Assembly (NCBI GenBank): GCA_963712745.1 | Contig: CAVQJC010000017.1 | Location: forward strand, 320,001-384,000 | DNA: 64,000 nt | Reading direction: 5' to 3' | Source of the DNA: an uncultured Chloroflexia bacterium | GTDB taxonomy: Bacteria; Chloroflexota; Limnocylindria; Limnocylindrales; CSP1-4 | In this document: positions 29,745 through 38,889 of the stretch, piece after piece | Position numbering within the stretch: the first letter of the stretch is position 1 | How the letters are laid out: each line of letters starts with the position of its first letter | The notes under the pieces: model-generated | Database searches by the model: none | What the model was told of the DNA's origin: nothing | The model's input: only the letters and a program-made list of their open reading frames with translations | Translations under genes and position numbers: made by a program

Positions 29745-30469
29745 GTTTCCTCGAACGCATCGACCACGGTATCCGCCGCAGCGCGGTCTTCCGGTCGATC
29801 TTCCGCCAGCCCTATCCCAACGACGAGCGTTCGCGCGCGATGGCGGTGATGAACAACGTGTTCCTGCACCTCCACCCGGTGCGGGTGCGCCAGCACGCCG
29901 TCAAGTTCGCCTACACCTTCTGCCTGGGCGGACTGTCCTTCTTCTTCTTCCTGGTGCTGACCGTGACGGGCGTGTACCTCATGTTCTTCTACGTGCCCTC
30001 TGCTACCCAGGCCTATTCGGACATCCTGCGCATCCAGGCGGAGGTGCCCTTCGGGTTGCTGGCCCGCAACATCCATCGCTGGGCTGCGCATCTGATGGTG
30101 TTCTTCGTCTTCCTGCACATGATGCGGGTCTTCTACCACGGCGCCTACAAGCCACCGCGGGAGTTCAACTGGGTGGTCGGCGTGGTGCTCCTGTTCCTGA
30201 CCGTCTTCCTCTCGTTCACCGGCTACCTGCTGCCCTGGGACCAGATCGCCTTCTGGGCCATCACCATCGGCACCAACATGGCTACCTTCGCGCCGCTCTT
30301 CAACACCCCCAGCCAGCTGCTGCTGCTGGGCGGCATCGAGGTCGGCCAGAACACCCTCCTACGCTTCTACGTCCTGCACGTGATCCTGATGCCGCTGGTG
30401 GCAGCGGTCTTCCTGGCCGTGCACTTCTGGCGCATCCGCAAGGACGGAGGTATCAGCGGTCCGCTGTAG
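29741..30469 (+). CDS. cytochrome b6-type N-terminal subunit of a Rieske/cytochrome b complex
   Basis: [47 protein letters not shown]-x14-H, terminal GISGPL. Confidence 0.93.
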   Translation: MSFLERIDHGIRRSAVFRSIFRQPYPNDERSRAMAVMNNVFLHLHPVRVRQHAVKFAYTFCLGGLSFFFFLVLTVTGVYLMFFYVPSATQAYSDILRIQAEVPFGLLARNIHRWAAHLMVFFVFLHMMRVFYHGAYKPPREFNWVVGVVLLFLTVFLSFTGYLLPWDQIAFWAITIGTNMATFAPLFNTPSQLLLLGGIEVGQNTLLRFYVLHVILMPLVAAVFLAVHFWRIRKDGGISGPL

Positions 30470-30484
30470 ACCGTACGAGAGCCC

Positions 30485-31126
30485 ATGAGCGACGAGACCA
30501 AGAAGCCCCAGGTCCCAGCCGAAGCCCCGTCGGGGGAACCGGAGCGTCGGAGCACGCTGCCCGCGGCCCCGCCCGAGCGACGCACGACCGAGATCGACAA
30601 GCAACGCGTGCCCATGGCCGCCAAGCCCTACCGACTGCTGGCGCTGGTCAAGCAGGACGCGGTGGTGCGTGTCCAGAAGGAACCCGACGACACGGTCATG
30701 ACCTGGCCGCATCTGCTGTCGATCGAGTTCTTCGCGGCGGCCATGATGAGCATCTTCATGCTCTTCATGGGCGTCTTCGTCAACGCTCCACTCGAGGAGC
30801 TGGCCAACGGCAACGTCACGCCGGCCGTGGCCAAGGCACCGTGGTACTTCGTGGGCCTGCAGGAGCTGCTGGCCTACTTCCACCCCACGGTCGCCGGCGT
30901 GCTGGCGCCCACCGTCATCCTGGTGGGTGCGGCGCTGGTCCCGTTCATCGACCGCGGGCCCAAGGGCGACGGCGGCTCACCGCGTCCGTCCGATCGCAAG
31001 GTGGGCGTGATGCTGTTCACGCTGTTCATGGGCGCCGGCCTCACCATCACCTTCCTCGGAGCGTTCTTCCGCGGCCCCGGTTACGCCTGGACGTTGCCGT
31101 GGGAAGGCTTCTTCTTCGCACTGTAG
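30485..31126 (+). CDS. cytochrome b subunit IV-like protein
   Basis: TWPHLL..E, APLEELAN..TP..KAPWYF, VPFIDR, 3 TM. Confidence 0.88.
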   Translation: MSDETKKPQVPAEAPSGEPERRSTLPAAPPERRTTEIDKQRVPMAAKPYRLLALVKQDAVVRVQKEPDDTVMTWPHLLSIEFFAAAMMSIFMLFMGVFVNAPLEELANGNVTPAVAKAPWYFVGLQELLAYFHPTVAGVLAPTVILVGAALVPFIDRGPKGDGGSPRPSDRKVGVMLFTLFMGAGLTITFLGAFFRGPGYAWTLPWEGFFFAL

Positions 31127-31133
31127 GGACACG

Positions 31134-31802
31134 ATGGGCAACTGGAAGCTGACTCGATCGCAAGAGCCCCAGGCGCTGACCGAGCCTGTGCTGCGGGAGA
31201 TGCGCACGGGCAGGACCGGCGGCCTCACGCGGCGACAGCTCATCCGCCGCTCGATCGGTGCTGCCGTGGCGCTGTGGCTGCTGGAGGTCGGGGCCGGCAC
31301 GCTGGGCTTCCTGTGGCCCAACCTCACCCGTGGCTTCGGTGGCCAGATCAACCTCGGTGATATCGACACGGTGTCGGCCAGCCCGGAGGTGTCGGGCCTG
31401 TCCCTGCAGGATGGCGCGCCGGCCTACTTTCCGGCCGCGCGGACCTTCGTCCAGCTCCAGGACCCCAACCTCGGCTTCCTGGACGGTGATTCGGCCACCG
31501 GGGTGGGCGATATCACGAACGTGATGACGCTCTACCAGAAGTGCCCCCACCTCGGCTGCAAGCCCAACTTCTGCGCCACCAACTTCTGGTTCGAGTGCCC
31601 CTGCCACGGCTCTCGCTACGACCGGCTGGGCACCAAGGTCAAGGAACTGGGGCCCGCACCACGCAGCATGGACCGCTTCCCGCACAGCGTCCAGGATGGC
31701 CAGCTCATCGTCGATACCAGCAAGGTGGTGCTCGGCCCGCTGCCGGTGGCGCTGGGGCAGCCCGGGCTGATTCCCGCCAAGTCGCCCACGGGCTGCATCT
31801 GA
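31134..31802 (+). CDS. Rieske [2Fe-2S] subunit
   Basis: TRRQLI twin-arginine anchor, CPHLGC, CPCHGSRY, GPAPRSM. Confidence 0.95.
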   Translation: MGNWKLTRSQEPQALTEPVLREMRTGRTGGLTRRQLIRRSIGAAVALWLLEVGAGTLGFLWPNLTRGFGGQINLGDIDTVSASPEVSGLSLQDGAPAYFPAARTFVQLQDPNLGFLDGDSATGVGDITNVMTLYQKCPHLGCKPNFCATNFWFECPCHGSRYDRLGTKVKELGPAPRSMDRFPHSVQDGQLIVDTSKVVLGPLPVALGQPGLIPAKSPTGCI

Positions 31803-33436
31803 TGGCCCAAGACAAGAGCGGTCGCGAGCTGACCCCTCACGATCGGGGGGCGGCCGAGCCGGCTGGCTCGGCGCTCACCCCGGTCGATGGCGAGGGCCGC
31901 GAGGTCGAGCGCTTCTCGGCAGGGCCGCGGGCTCACAGCGTCGGCCTGACCGAGGAACGCTCCGCGCAGATCGTGCGCCAGAGTGCCAATGCCCGCAACG
32001 TCGTCTTCCTGGCCATCCTGATCATCGCCCTGTTCATCCCCGTCTACTGGTTCTACGAGAACGGGGTGTCCGCACTCGGCACCGATGGGCGCCTGGCTGC
32101 GGAGGCGCAGGATCAGTACGTCACCGACGTCGCTCGTGGCTACGAGCTGTACCTGGCCAACTGCGCCGAATGCCACGGCGACAACGGCCAGGGCGGCGTG
32201 GGCCCCAGGCTCAACGACCAGGCCAAGCTCTACAACGTGCTGACCCCTGCCGGCCTCCCCGGATCGGGCCACCTCAACCCCGACTACCTCGACAACGTCC
32301 TGACCGTGGGCGGTCGCTACGTGTGTGGTGACCCCGACAGCCTGATGGCTGCCTGGAAGCAGCCCGACGGCCCGCTCAACTACCGCCAGGTGGAGGAGCT
32401 CATCACCTGGGTCACGGCCAGCTCGGACGTCGTCTTCGAGCGCCACGTCGTGTCGCATGGTGAGGGCGCCGGGGATCAGGGCGAGCCCGAGTTCGTCTCC
32501 GGCTGGCGCGACCCCGACTGGGAGCCGGGACCCGAGGACACGCCCCCACCGGCATGCTGGAAGGCCCCCGCTGGTCTCGTTCCCGGTACCGTCGATTCCG
32601 CAGGCACGACCACCACTACCGATGGCGGCACCACCGCGCCGCTGGCCGGTGGCACGCCCGAGGAACCGCGGGTCATCAACATCACCGCCAACGCAGCGCT
32701 GCAATTCCTCGACGAGAGCGGCGCGCCCTTGACCAGCATCGAGGCGGTGCCCGGTGAGACCATCGAGTTCGTGGTCGACAACACCGCCGGCTTCGACCAC
32801 AACTTCTTCATCGGCACCCCCGACGAGTTGCAGGTGCCGTTCGGGACCACCGACTCCGGCATCGACACCTGGCAGTCGGGCGAGCAGACGCTGACCTGGA
32901 CCGTGCCCGAGTCGGGTGCCGATGGGCTGCAGTTCGCCTGCACCGTGCCCGGCCACTACCAGCCGATGCATGGCGACATCGTGATCGCCGGTGGCGGCGG
33001 TGCGGACAGCACGTCCACGACGGAGACCGCGCCGGCCGGGGACGAGGCTACCGACGCCGTCGATGCGCCCTCGTCGGGAGCTGCCACCGGTGGCACGCCC
33101 GAGGAACCGCGGGTCATCAACATCACCGCCAACGCAGCGCTGCAGTTCCTCGACGAGAGCGGCGCGCCCTTGACCAGCATCGAGGCGGTGCCCGGTGAGA
33201 CCATCGAGTTCGTGGTCGACAACACCGCCGGCTTCGACCACAACTTCTTCATCGGCACCCCCGACGAGTTGCAGGTGCCGTTCGGGACCACCGACTCCGG
33301 CATCGACACCTGGCAGTCGGGCGAGCAGACGCTGACCTGGACCGTGCCCGAGTCGGGTGCCGATGGGCTGCAGTTCGCCTGCACCGTGCCCGGCCACTAC
33401 CAGCCGATGCATGGCGACATCGTGATCACGAGCTAG
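31802..33436 (+). CDS. membrane-anchored cytochrome c fused to two cupredoxin (type-1 copper) domains
   Basis: one TM, CAECH heme motif, two copies of DHNFFIG...FACTVPGHYQPM. Confidence 0.88.
   Translation: MAQDKSGRELTPHDRGAAEPAGSALTPVDGEGREVERFSAGPRAHSVGLTEERSAQIVRQSANARNVVFLAILIIALFIPVYWFYENGVSALGTDGRLAAEAQDQYVTDVARGYELYLANCAECHGDNGQGGVGPRLNDQAKLYNVLTPAGLPGSGHLNPDYLDNVLTVGGRYVCGDPDSLMAAWKQPDGPLNYRQVEELITWVTASSDVVFERHVVSHGEGAGDQGEPEFVSGWRDPDWEPGPEDTPPPACWKAPAGLVPGTVDSAGTTTTTDGGTTAPLAGGTPEEPRVINITANAALQFLDESGAPLTSIEAVPGETIEFVVDNTAGFDHNFFIGTPDELQVPFGTTDSGIDTWQSGEQTLTWTVPESGADGLQFACTVPGHYQPMHGDIVIAGGGGADSTSTTETAPAGDEATDAVDAPSSGAATGGTPEEPRVINITANAALQFLDESGAPLTSIEAVPGETIEFVVDNTAGFDHNFFIGTPDELQVPFGTTDSGIDTWQSGEQTLTWTVPESGADGLQFACTVPGHYQPMHGDIVITS
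32646..33427 (+). repeat. 341-bp direct repeat (32646-32986 and 33087-33427) encoding the cupredoxin domain
   Basis: copies identical apart from one synonymous CAA/CAG change seen by eye; 441-bp period. Confidence 0.95.
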
Positions 33437-33450
33437 GGCAGGGAGAGGAC

Positions 33451-34954
33451 GTGGCACAGCAAGCACTCCCACAGGGCGCCACCCGCCGCCGAGTAGCCTT
33501 CGGGCTGCTGGACGCGGATGGCTGGACCTGGGCCGGGCTGAAGGCGACCTTCTGGTTCCTGTTCATCATCTTCATGCTCGGCGTCGTGCCCAACTGGGCC
33601 TACTACTTCACCACCAGCGAGACCATCACCGTCGGCTACAACTTCGCCTCGATCGTCAATCTCTGTCCGGCCGACAACGAGGATACTACCCTGTCCGGCC
33701 CCGGCCGGGGCGACGAAGCCCTGGCAGCCCTCGCCAGAGCAGCTGGCCCTGCCTGCCGCCCGCTCGGGCTCGTCGGTCTTCCAGAGCGGCTCGACCGTCT
33801 ACCTCATCGGCGGTGCCGTGGACGGCACCGCCACCGACGAGGTGCTCGTGACCGAGGTCACCGAGGAGGGCAACCTCACCGGCTGGACCGCGGGACCGGC
33901 CCTGCCGCAGCCACGCACCGGCGCGGCGGTCGGCATGTACACGGGCGTGCCCTTCGTGATGGGCGGCCTCGATGAGGCCGGCCAGCCCACCGCCACCGTC
34001 TACAAGGGCGTAGTGGAAGAGGGTCTGCTCACCGACTGGGTCCTGGCTGACGGCGAGAACCGCACCGACGAGCTGACGCTGCCCCAGCCACTAAGCGGCG
34101 CCTCGGTGGTGCCCGGCACCAGCGGTTTCATGCTGCTGGGCGGACGCGACGCCAACGGACAGCCGACCAACGGTGTTCACGTGGCCTGGGTCGACGAGGT
34201 CAGCGGCGGCGATCGGCTCCTCGCCTGGGAGCCGCTGGACCCCAACCTCGCTCTGCCGGAGCCACGCACCGGGGCCGTCGCGGCCGCGATCGCGGATTTC
34301 ATCTACGTCATCGGTGGAGAGGGCCCCGATGGCCCCACCGACACCGTCTTCCGCCTGGAGGTCAACGGGCGAGAACCGGCCACCAACGAGGCCGGCGACC
34401 TCGACGGCTGGGCCGTGGCGCCAGAGGACCTGGCGCTGCCGGAGCCGCGCGCCGGGGCCACCATGTTCAGCGCCAATGGCGCGGTCCACGTCATCGGCGG
34501 TTATGGTGCCGAAGGAGTGCCCCAGGAGTCGATGCTGTGGGCCGTGCCGGACACGGGCACCGGAGACTACGACAGCTGGCAGCGCCTCGAGCAGACGGAC
34601 CTGCCCATCGGCACCGCGGCCGCACCCGTCGTCGGCGTCGGTTCGCACGCGTTCATCTTCGGCGGCGAGACGCCTGACGGCACCACCGACGGATCGCTGC
34701 GCTCGGCCATCTCCCCGCGGCCGCCGTTCTTCCAGCTCGGCATCGCCGGTGCCACCATCCCAGGTCTTGCCATCAAGGGCGAGGTGGGACAGCAGCTTGG
34801 CTACCTCATCGCCATGGGTGTGGGCATGACGAACTTCATCATCCTCATCATCATCGGCGTGGCCTTCAGCCGCCCGGAGTCCAGCAAGCGGGTGCTGTCG
34901 CGCCTGTCCGGTGGCCGGCTGCCGATGCCGGAGGAGGAACGCTACCGCTCCTAG
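33451..34954 (+). CDS. Kelch-repeat membrane protein; +1 frameshift at ~33685
   Basis: N-terminal TM (ORF 33451) continues as LPCPAPAG..VYLIGG into ORF 33818-34954 with repeated LPxPR..xxGG..W Kelch units and a C-terminal TM. Confidence 0.75.
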
Positions 34955-35044
34955 CGCGGTGGCGGGGGTAGCGGCCCGGTTCGTGTGCGGTGGCCTCGTG
35001 GCGTTGTCGCGTGCTCCGCTTCCACTCCCGTCGATCCTCCGGCC

Positions 35045-36262
35045 TCAGTCCACGCGGCGGTAGGCCACCAGTCGGGCGGTACCTGCGTCGTCCACGAGCA
35101 CCGGTCGGAGACCGCCATCCGCGACGGCTGTGTCGCGCACGACGAGGATGCCACCCGACTCGAGGAGGACGCCGAGGTCGGTCGCCGCTCTCCCGGGCGC
35201 GATGACCAGGCGGTAGTGAGCGGCCGGTAGCCTTCGGGATTCGGTGGCCTCGAGGACGAGCCAGTCGAAGCCCGCAGGCATCGCAGCGTCCGGCGGCGGG
35301 CCCAGCCAGGCCGCGACTCCGCCCGGGGCCATGGCCGCAGCGTTCGCCACGAAGGCTTGCCAGCGCTGCTCTGCCATGCGTGCGGCTTCCAGCCCGGCCC
35401 GCTCCCAGTCGTCGATGGCGCGACGCACCGGCTCCAGAGCGGGGCCGCTCGCCCCGTCGAGCATGGCGATGGCGCCCGCACCCGCGTCGAGCCAGCCGGC
35501 AACCTCGCCGGGCTCGCGGGTGAGCCCGCCCCACGCGATGTCGCCCTCAGTGGCCGCGATCCGCCTGGCCACCGGCGGGGCCAGCAGCAGGCGCTCCACG
35601 CCGTTGACGCGAGACCATTCGAGCCAACCCTCGAGGCTTGATCGCGCCAGTGTCTCGGCGCCCAGGGAGGCCCACACCGGGAGTCCGGCCTCGACGGCTT
35701 CGACGATGGCGAGGCGGATCCCGTCTGCTGGGCCTCGGCCCTCGACGAGCAGGAGGTCGGGCTCGGCCTCGGCCAGGATGCCCGCCTGGTCCCGGTAGTC
35801 ACGCTGTGTGGCCGCCTCGCGCGGCAGGATGCGACCGGTGCCCGGGTCGGGGTCGTGGCCCAGCACCGGCAGGCAGGCGGCAACCTGAGGCACCGGCCGC
35901 GCCAGTGGTGGCTCGTGGCCCTGAACCTGGCCCTGAACCTCGCCCTCATCCTGGCGCGGGCCCTCCGTCCGGCGCTCCAGCCCGGCCTCCACGCCCTCGC
36001 GGGCCACGTTCACCGCGTCGGCCGTCCAGACAGCAGCACGGCGCGTCTCAGCCAGGGGCAGGAGCGCCCGGCGATGCGTCAGCCAGGTGGGGGCTACGAC
36101 GACATCGGCCCCGGCCGACACCTGGTCGGCGATGCGCTCGCGAGCTGTGGCGCGGTCGCGCACATGCAGCGGCAGATACCAGTCGGCATCGTCGGGATCG
36201 GTCCGCGCCGGGATGCGCTCGGGCCCGACCGACCCGGCGAGAAGGAGGCGACGCAGTGCCAT
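35045..36262 (-). CDS. divergent homocysteine S-methyltransferase-like protein
   Basis: SAGADVVVAPTW, AVNVARE, YRDQAGILAEAEPDLLLVE, GLPVWAS. Confidence 0.6.
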   Translation of the reverse strand: MALRRLLLAGSVGPERIPARTDPDDADWYLPLHVRDRATARERIADQVSAGADVVVAPTWLTHRRALLPLAETRRAAVWTADAVNVAREGVEAGLERRTEGPRQDEGEVQGQVQGHEPPLARPVPQVAACLPVLGHDPDPGTGRILPREAATQRDYRDQAGILAEAEPDLLLVEGRGPADGIRLAIVEAVEAGLPVWASLGAETLARSSLEGWLEWSRVNGVERLLLAPPVARRIAATEGDIAWGGLTREPGEVAGWLDAGAGAIAMLDGASGPALEPVRRAIDDWERAGLEAARMAEQRWQAFVANAAAMAPGGVAAWLGPPPDAAMPAGFDWLVLEATESRRLPAAHYRLVIAPGRAATDLGVLLESGGILVVRDTAVADGGLRPVLVDDAGTARLVAYRRVD

Positions 36263-36276
36263 GGCGCCAGGGGAGG

Positions 36277-36651
36277 CTAGAGGTCGCCTTCGCCCGGCTC
36301 CGGCTCGCCACTCGAGGTCGGCAAGCCGGCTCCATGCCAGGCCACGATGCCACCGCTCACGTTGCTCACGTTCTCGAATCCGTTGGCGGCCAGGAACTGC
36401 GTGGCATTGTGGCTGCGGCCGCCGGTGCGGCACATCAGTAGCAGCTCGCGGTCGCGCGGCAGGTCCTTGACTCGGCCATTCAGCCGGCCCAGCGGGAGCA
36501 GCACTGCGCCCTTGGCCCGGATCTGCATGTACTCGTTGGGCTCGCGCACGTCGATGATGAGCGCGCCCCCGTCATCGCCCTGCAGTTCCAGGGCCTGCTG
36601 CACGCTGACCGACGGCACACCGCCGCCCATCAGGCTGCGAAAGAACGACAT
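36277..36651 (-). CDS. rhodanese-like sulfurtransferase
   Basis: IIDVREPNEY, active loop CRTGGRS, NVSGGIVAW. Confidence 0.92.
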   Translation of the reverse strand: MSFFRSLMGGGVPSVSVQQALELQGDDGGALIIDVREPNEYMQIRAKGAVLLPLGRLNGRVKDLPRDRELLLMCRTGGRSHNATQFLAANGFENVSNVSGGIVAWHGAGLPTSSGEPEPGEGDL

Positions 36652-36653
36652 CG

Positions 36654-37043
36654 TTACTCCAACTCGATGAGGGGTTTGCGGCCGGCGATCCCGGCGTCGA
36701 GCTCGTGCCACCAGGCGACGTCATCCTCGCCCAGCTTCCAGCACAGCCAGATCGGACGGCCGTTGGCCAGGGCGGGGAAGTCCACCAGCCCTGAGCCGAT
36801 GTCGCGCAGGGTGATGCCCCAGGCATCGATCCGGGCAACGGACCGCTCCATGCGTCGCACGATCTCGGTCATCTGCTCCTGCTCTCGCTCGAGCTGCGCG
36901 CGATCGATGGCGCCGGGCTGCCGCTGCTGGAGCCGCGACTGGGCGGCCGCGATGATGTCGCGGTCGTCGCGCAGCCTCTCGAGCAGCAGGCGAAGTTCCC
37001 CGAGGCGGTCGTTGGCCGCGTCGAGATCGTAGTAGCTGGTCAC
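36654..37043 (-). CDS. DUF2203 family protein
   Basis: LRDIGSGLVDFPA..WLCWKLGE..WWHELDAGIAGRKP. Confidence 0.88.
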   Translation of the reverse strand: MTSYYDLDAANDRLGELRLLLERLRDDRDIIAAAQSRLQQRQPGAIDRAQLEREQEQMTEIVRRMERSVARIDAWGITLRDIGSGLVDFPALANGRPIWLCWKLGEDDVAWWHELDAGIAGRKPLIELE

Positions 37044-37145
37044 GGCGAGAATTCTCGCACGAGCAGCCGTTTCCGCCCGCGGGTCGCCCGGAGCGGCTGC
37101 CGGACCGTCCGAACGAGGGCCACCTCGCTCGGTAGATTCGACCAC

Positions 37146-38321
37146 ATGAGGCTTGCCGGGCGCATGGAACACATCGGGACCGAGTCGGCCTTCGAGGTCG
37201 GAGCCCGGGTTCGTGCCCAGGCGGCGACGGGCCGCGACATCATCAGCCTCCATATCGGCGAGCCCGACTTCGAGACGCCGCCGAACGTGGTCGAGGCCGC
37301 CCAGCGTGCCCTTGCCGAAGGCCACAACCGGTATGCCCCGCCACTCGGCCTGCCCGTCTTTCGCGAAGCCATCGCGGCCGACTTCGGACGCCGCCGCGGG
37401 GTCGCCCCCGGCCCCGACCGCGTCGTCGTCACGCCTGGCGCCAAGCCCGTGCTGTCGTTCGCCCTGATGGCACTGGCGGGACGTGGTGACGAGGTCATCC
37501 TGCCCGACCCGGGCTTCCCCATCTATGCCTCGATGACGCGCTTCCTCGGGGCCACGCCGGTGCCCCTGCCGCTGCGGCCGGGGAACGACTTCCGCCCCGA
37601 CCTCGACGAGCTGCGCGCTCTCATCTCGCCGCGCACGCGGGTGCTCATCATCAACAGCCCCCACAACCCCACCGGAGGCGTCTGGTCGAAGTCGGACCTC
37701 GAGGGCATCGCCGCGGTGGCCATGGCCCATGACCTGGTGGTCATCAGCGACGAGATCTACTCGCGCATCGTCCACGAGGGCGAGCACCATTCGATCCTCG
37801 AGGTCGACGGCATGGACGAGCGAAGCATCGTCCTCGACGGGCTTTCCAAGGCCTACGCCATGGCCGGCTGGCGCGTTGGCTGGGGCATCCTGCCGGAGTC
37901 GCTGGTGGCGCCCTTCGAGCGCGTGCTCATCAACACCGTCTCCTGCACGGCCACCTACGCTCAGCTCGCGGGGGCCGAGGCGCTCAACGGTCCGCAGGCT
38001 GCGGTCGATGCCATGGTGGCCGAGCTGCGCGCGCGTCGGTCGCTCATCGTGGAGGGCCTGGCCTCGTTCCCGGGCGTGGCGGTACCGATGCCGGCGGGCG
38101 CGTTCTACGTTTTCCCAGACGTGAGTGGTACGGGGCTGGACGGCTCCGCCTTCGCCGATCGGCTGCTGGCCGAGGCTGGCGTGAGCGTCCTCGCCGGAAC
38201 GGGCTTCGGCCTGGCGGCGACCGCGGCCGTGCGCGTCTCGTACGCCAACTCGCGTGCCAACCTGTCGCTGGCCCTCGAGCGCATGGCCGCGTTCCTCGCA
38301 GAGCAGGTCGGCAGCACCTAG
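37146..38321 (+). CDS. class I/II PLP-dependent aminotransferase (AspC-like)
   Basis: IGEPDF, NSPHNPTG, SDEIY, GLSKAYAMAGWRVG. Confidence 0.95.
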   Translation: MRLAGRMEHIGTESAFEVGARVRAQAATGRDIISLHIGEPDFETPPNVVEAAQRALAEGHNRYAPPLGLPVFREAIAADFGRRRGVAPGPDRVVVTPGAKPVLSFALMALAGRGDEVILPDPGFPIYASMTRFLGATPVPLPLRPGNDFRPDLDELRALISPRTRVLIINSPHNPTGGVWSKSDLEGIAAVAMAHDLVVISDEIYSRIVHEGEHHSILEVDGMDERSIVLDGLSKAYAMAGWRVGWGILPESLVAPFERVLINTVSCTATYAQLAGAEALNGPQAAVDAMVAELRARRSLIVEGLASFPGVAVPMPAGAFYVFPDVSGTGLDGSAFADRLLAEAGVSVLAGTGFGLAATAAVRVSYANSRANLSLALERMAAFLAEQVGST

Positions 38322-38434
38322 CCGGACCTGCGGGCCAGCGACACGAGCACCAGTGCGGTCATGGTCGCCGCATCCAGGTCGTCGGTCCAGGCTCTCCGGG
38401 CACGATCCGGCCGGGCGCTCGTAGACTTGGCGGC

Positions 38435-38776
38435 GTGATCGTCATCCGCGTGGCCGGCCTCTTCTTCGCGCTCGTGCAGATCACGCTGGCCCTGCGCCTG
38501 GCCCTGCCCTTCCTGGAGGTGCCCGAGGGCCTGGCCGAATACGTCCCCGGGCTCATCGAGCTCACCGACCTGTGGCTGGCGCCCGTCGAGGCCGTGGCCG
38601 ACCGTTTCGAGATCAACGGGGTCGCCGGCGAGATCGTGGAGGTGGGCGATGCCACCATCAGCGGCCCCGAGGAGTTCGAGCCGATGGTCATAGCGGCCAT
38701 GCTCTTCTGGGCTGTGCTGGCCTGGTTCTCGCTCTTCGTCCTGCGGCTGATCTTCCGTCCGGCCGGGGGCAGGTAG
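38435..38776 (+). CDS. small membrane protein (YggT-like)
   Basis: two TM, LTDLWLAP segment. Confidence 0.55.
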   Translation: MIVIRVAGLFFALVQITLALRLALPFLEVPEGLAEYVPGLIELTDLWLAPVEAVADRFEINGVAGEIVEVGDATISGPEEFEPMVIAAMLFWAVLAWFSLFVLRLIFRPAGGR

Positions 38777-38889
38777 CAGGCGCAGCACCCGTCCCTTCAC
38801 GCGGCCGGCCTGGCGGACAACTCGTCAGGGGCGGAGCGGTACCTTCGGGTCCGGTTCGGTGCGGTCCCACTGAACGTAACTTGGGTCCG

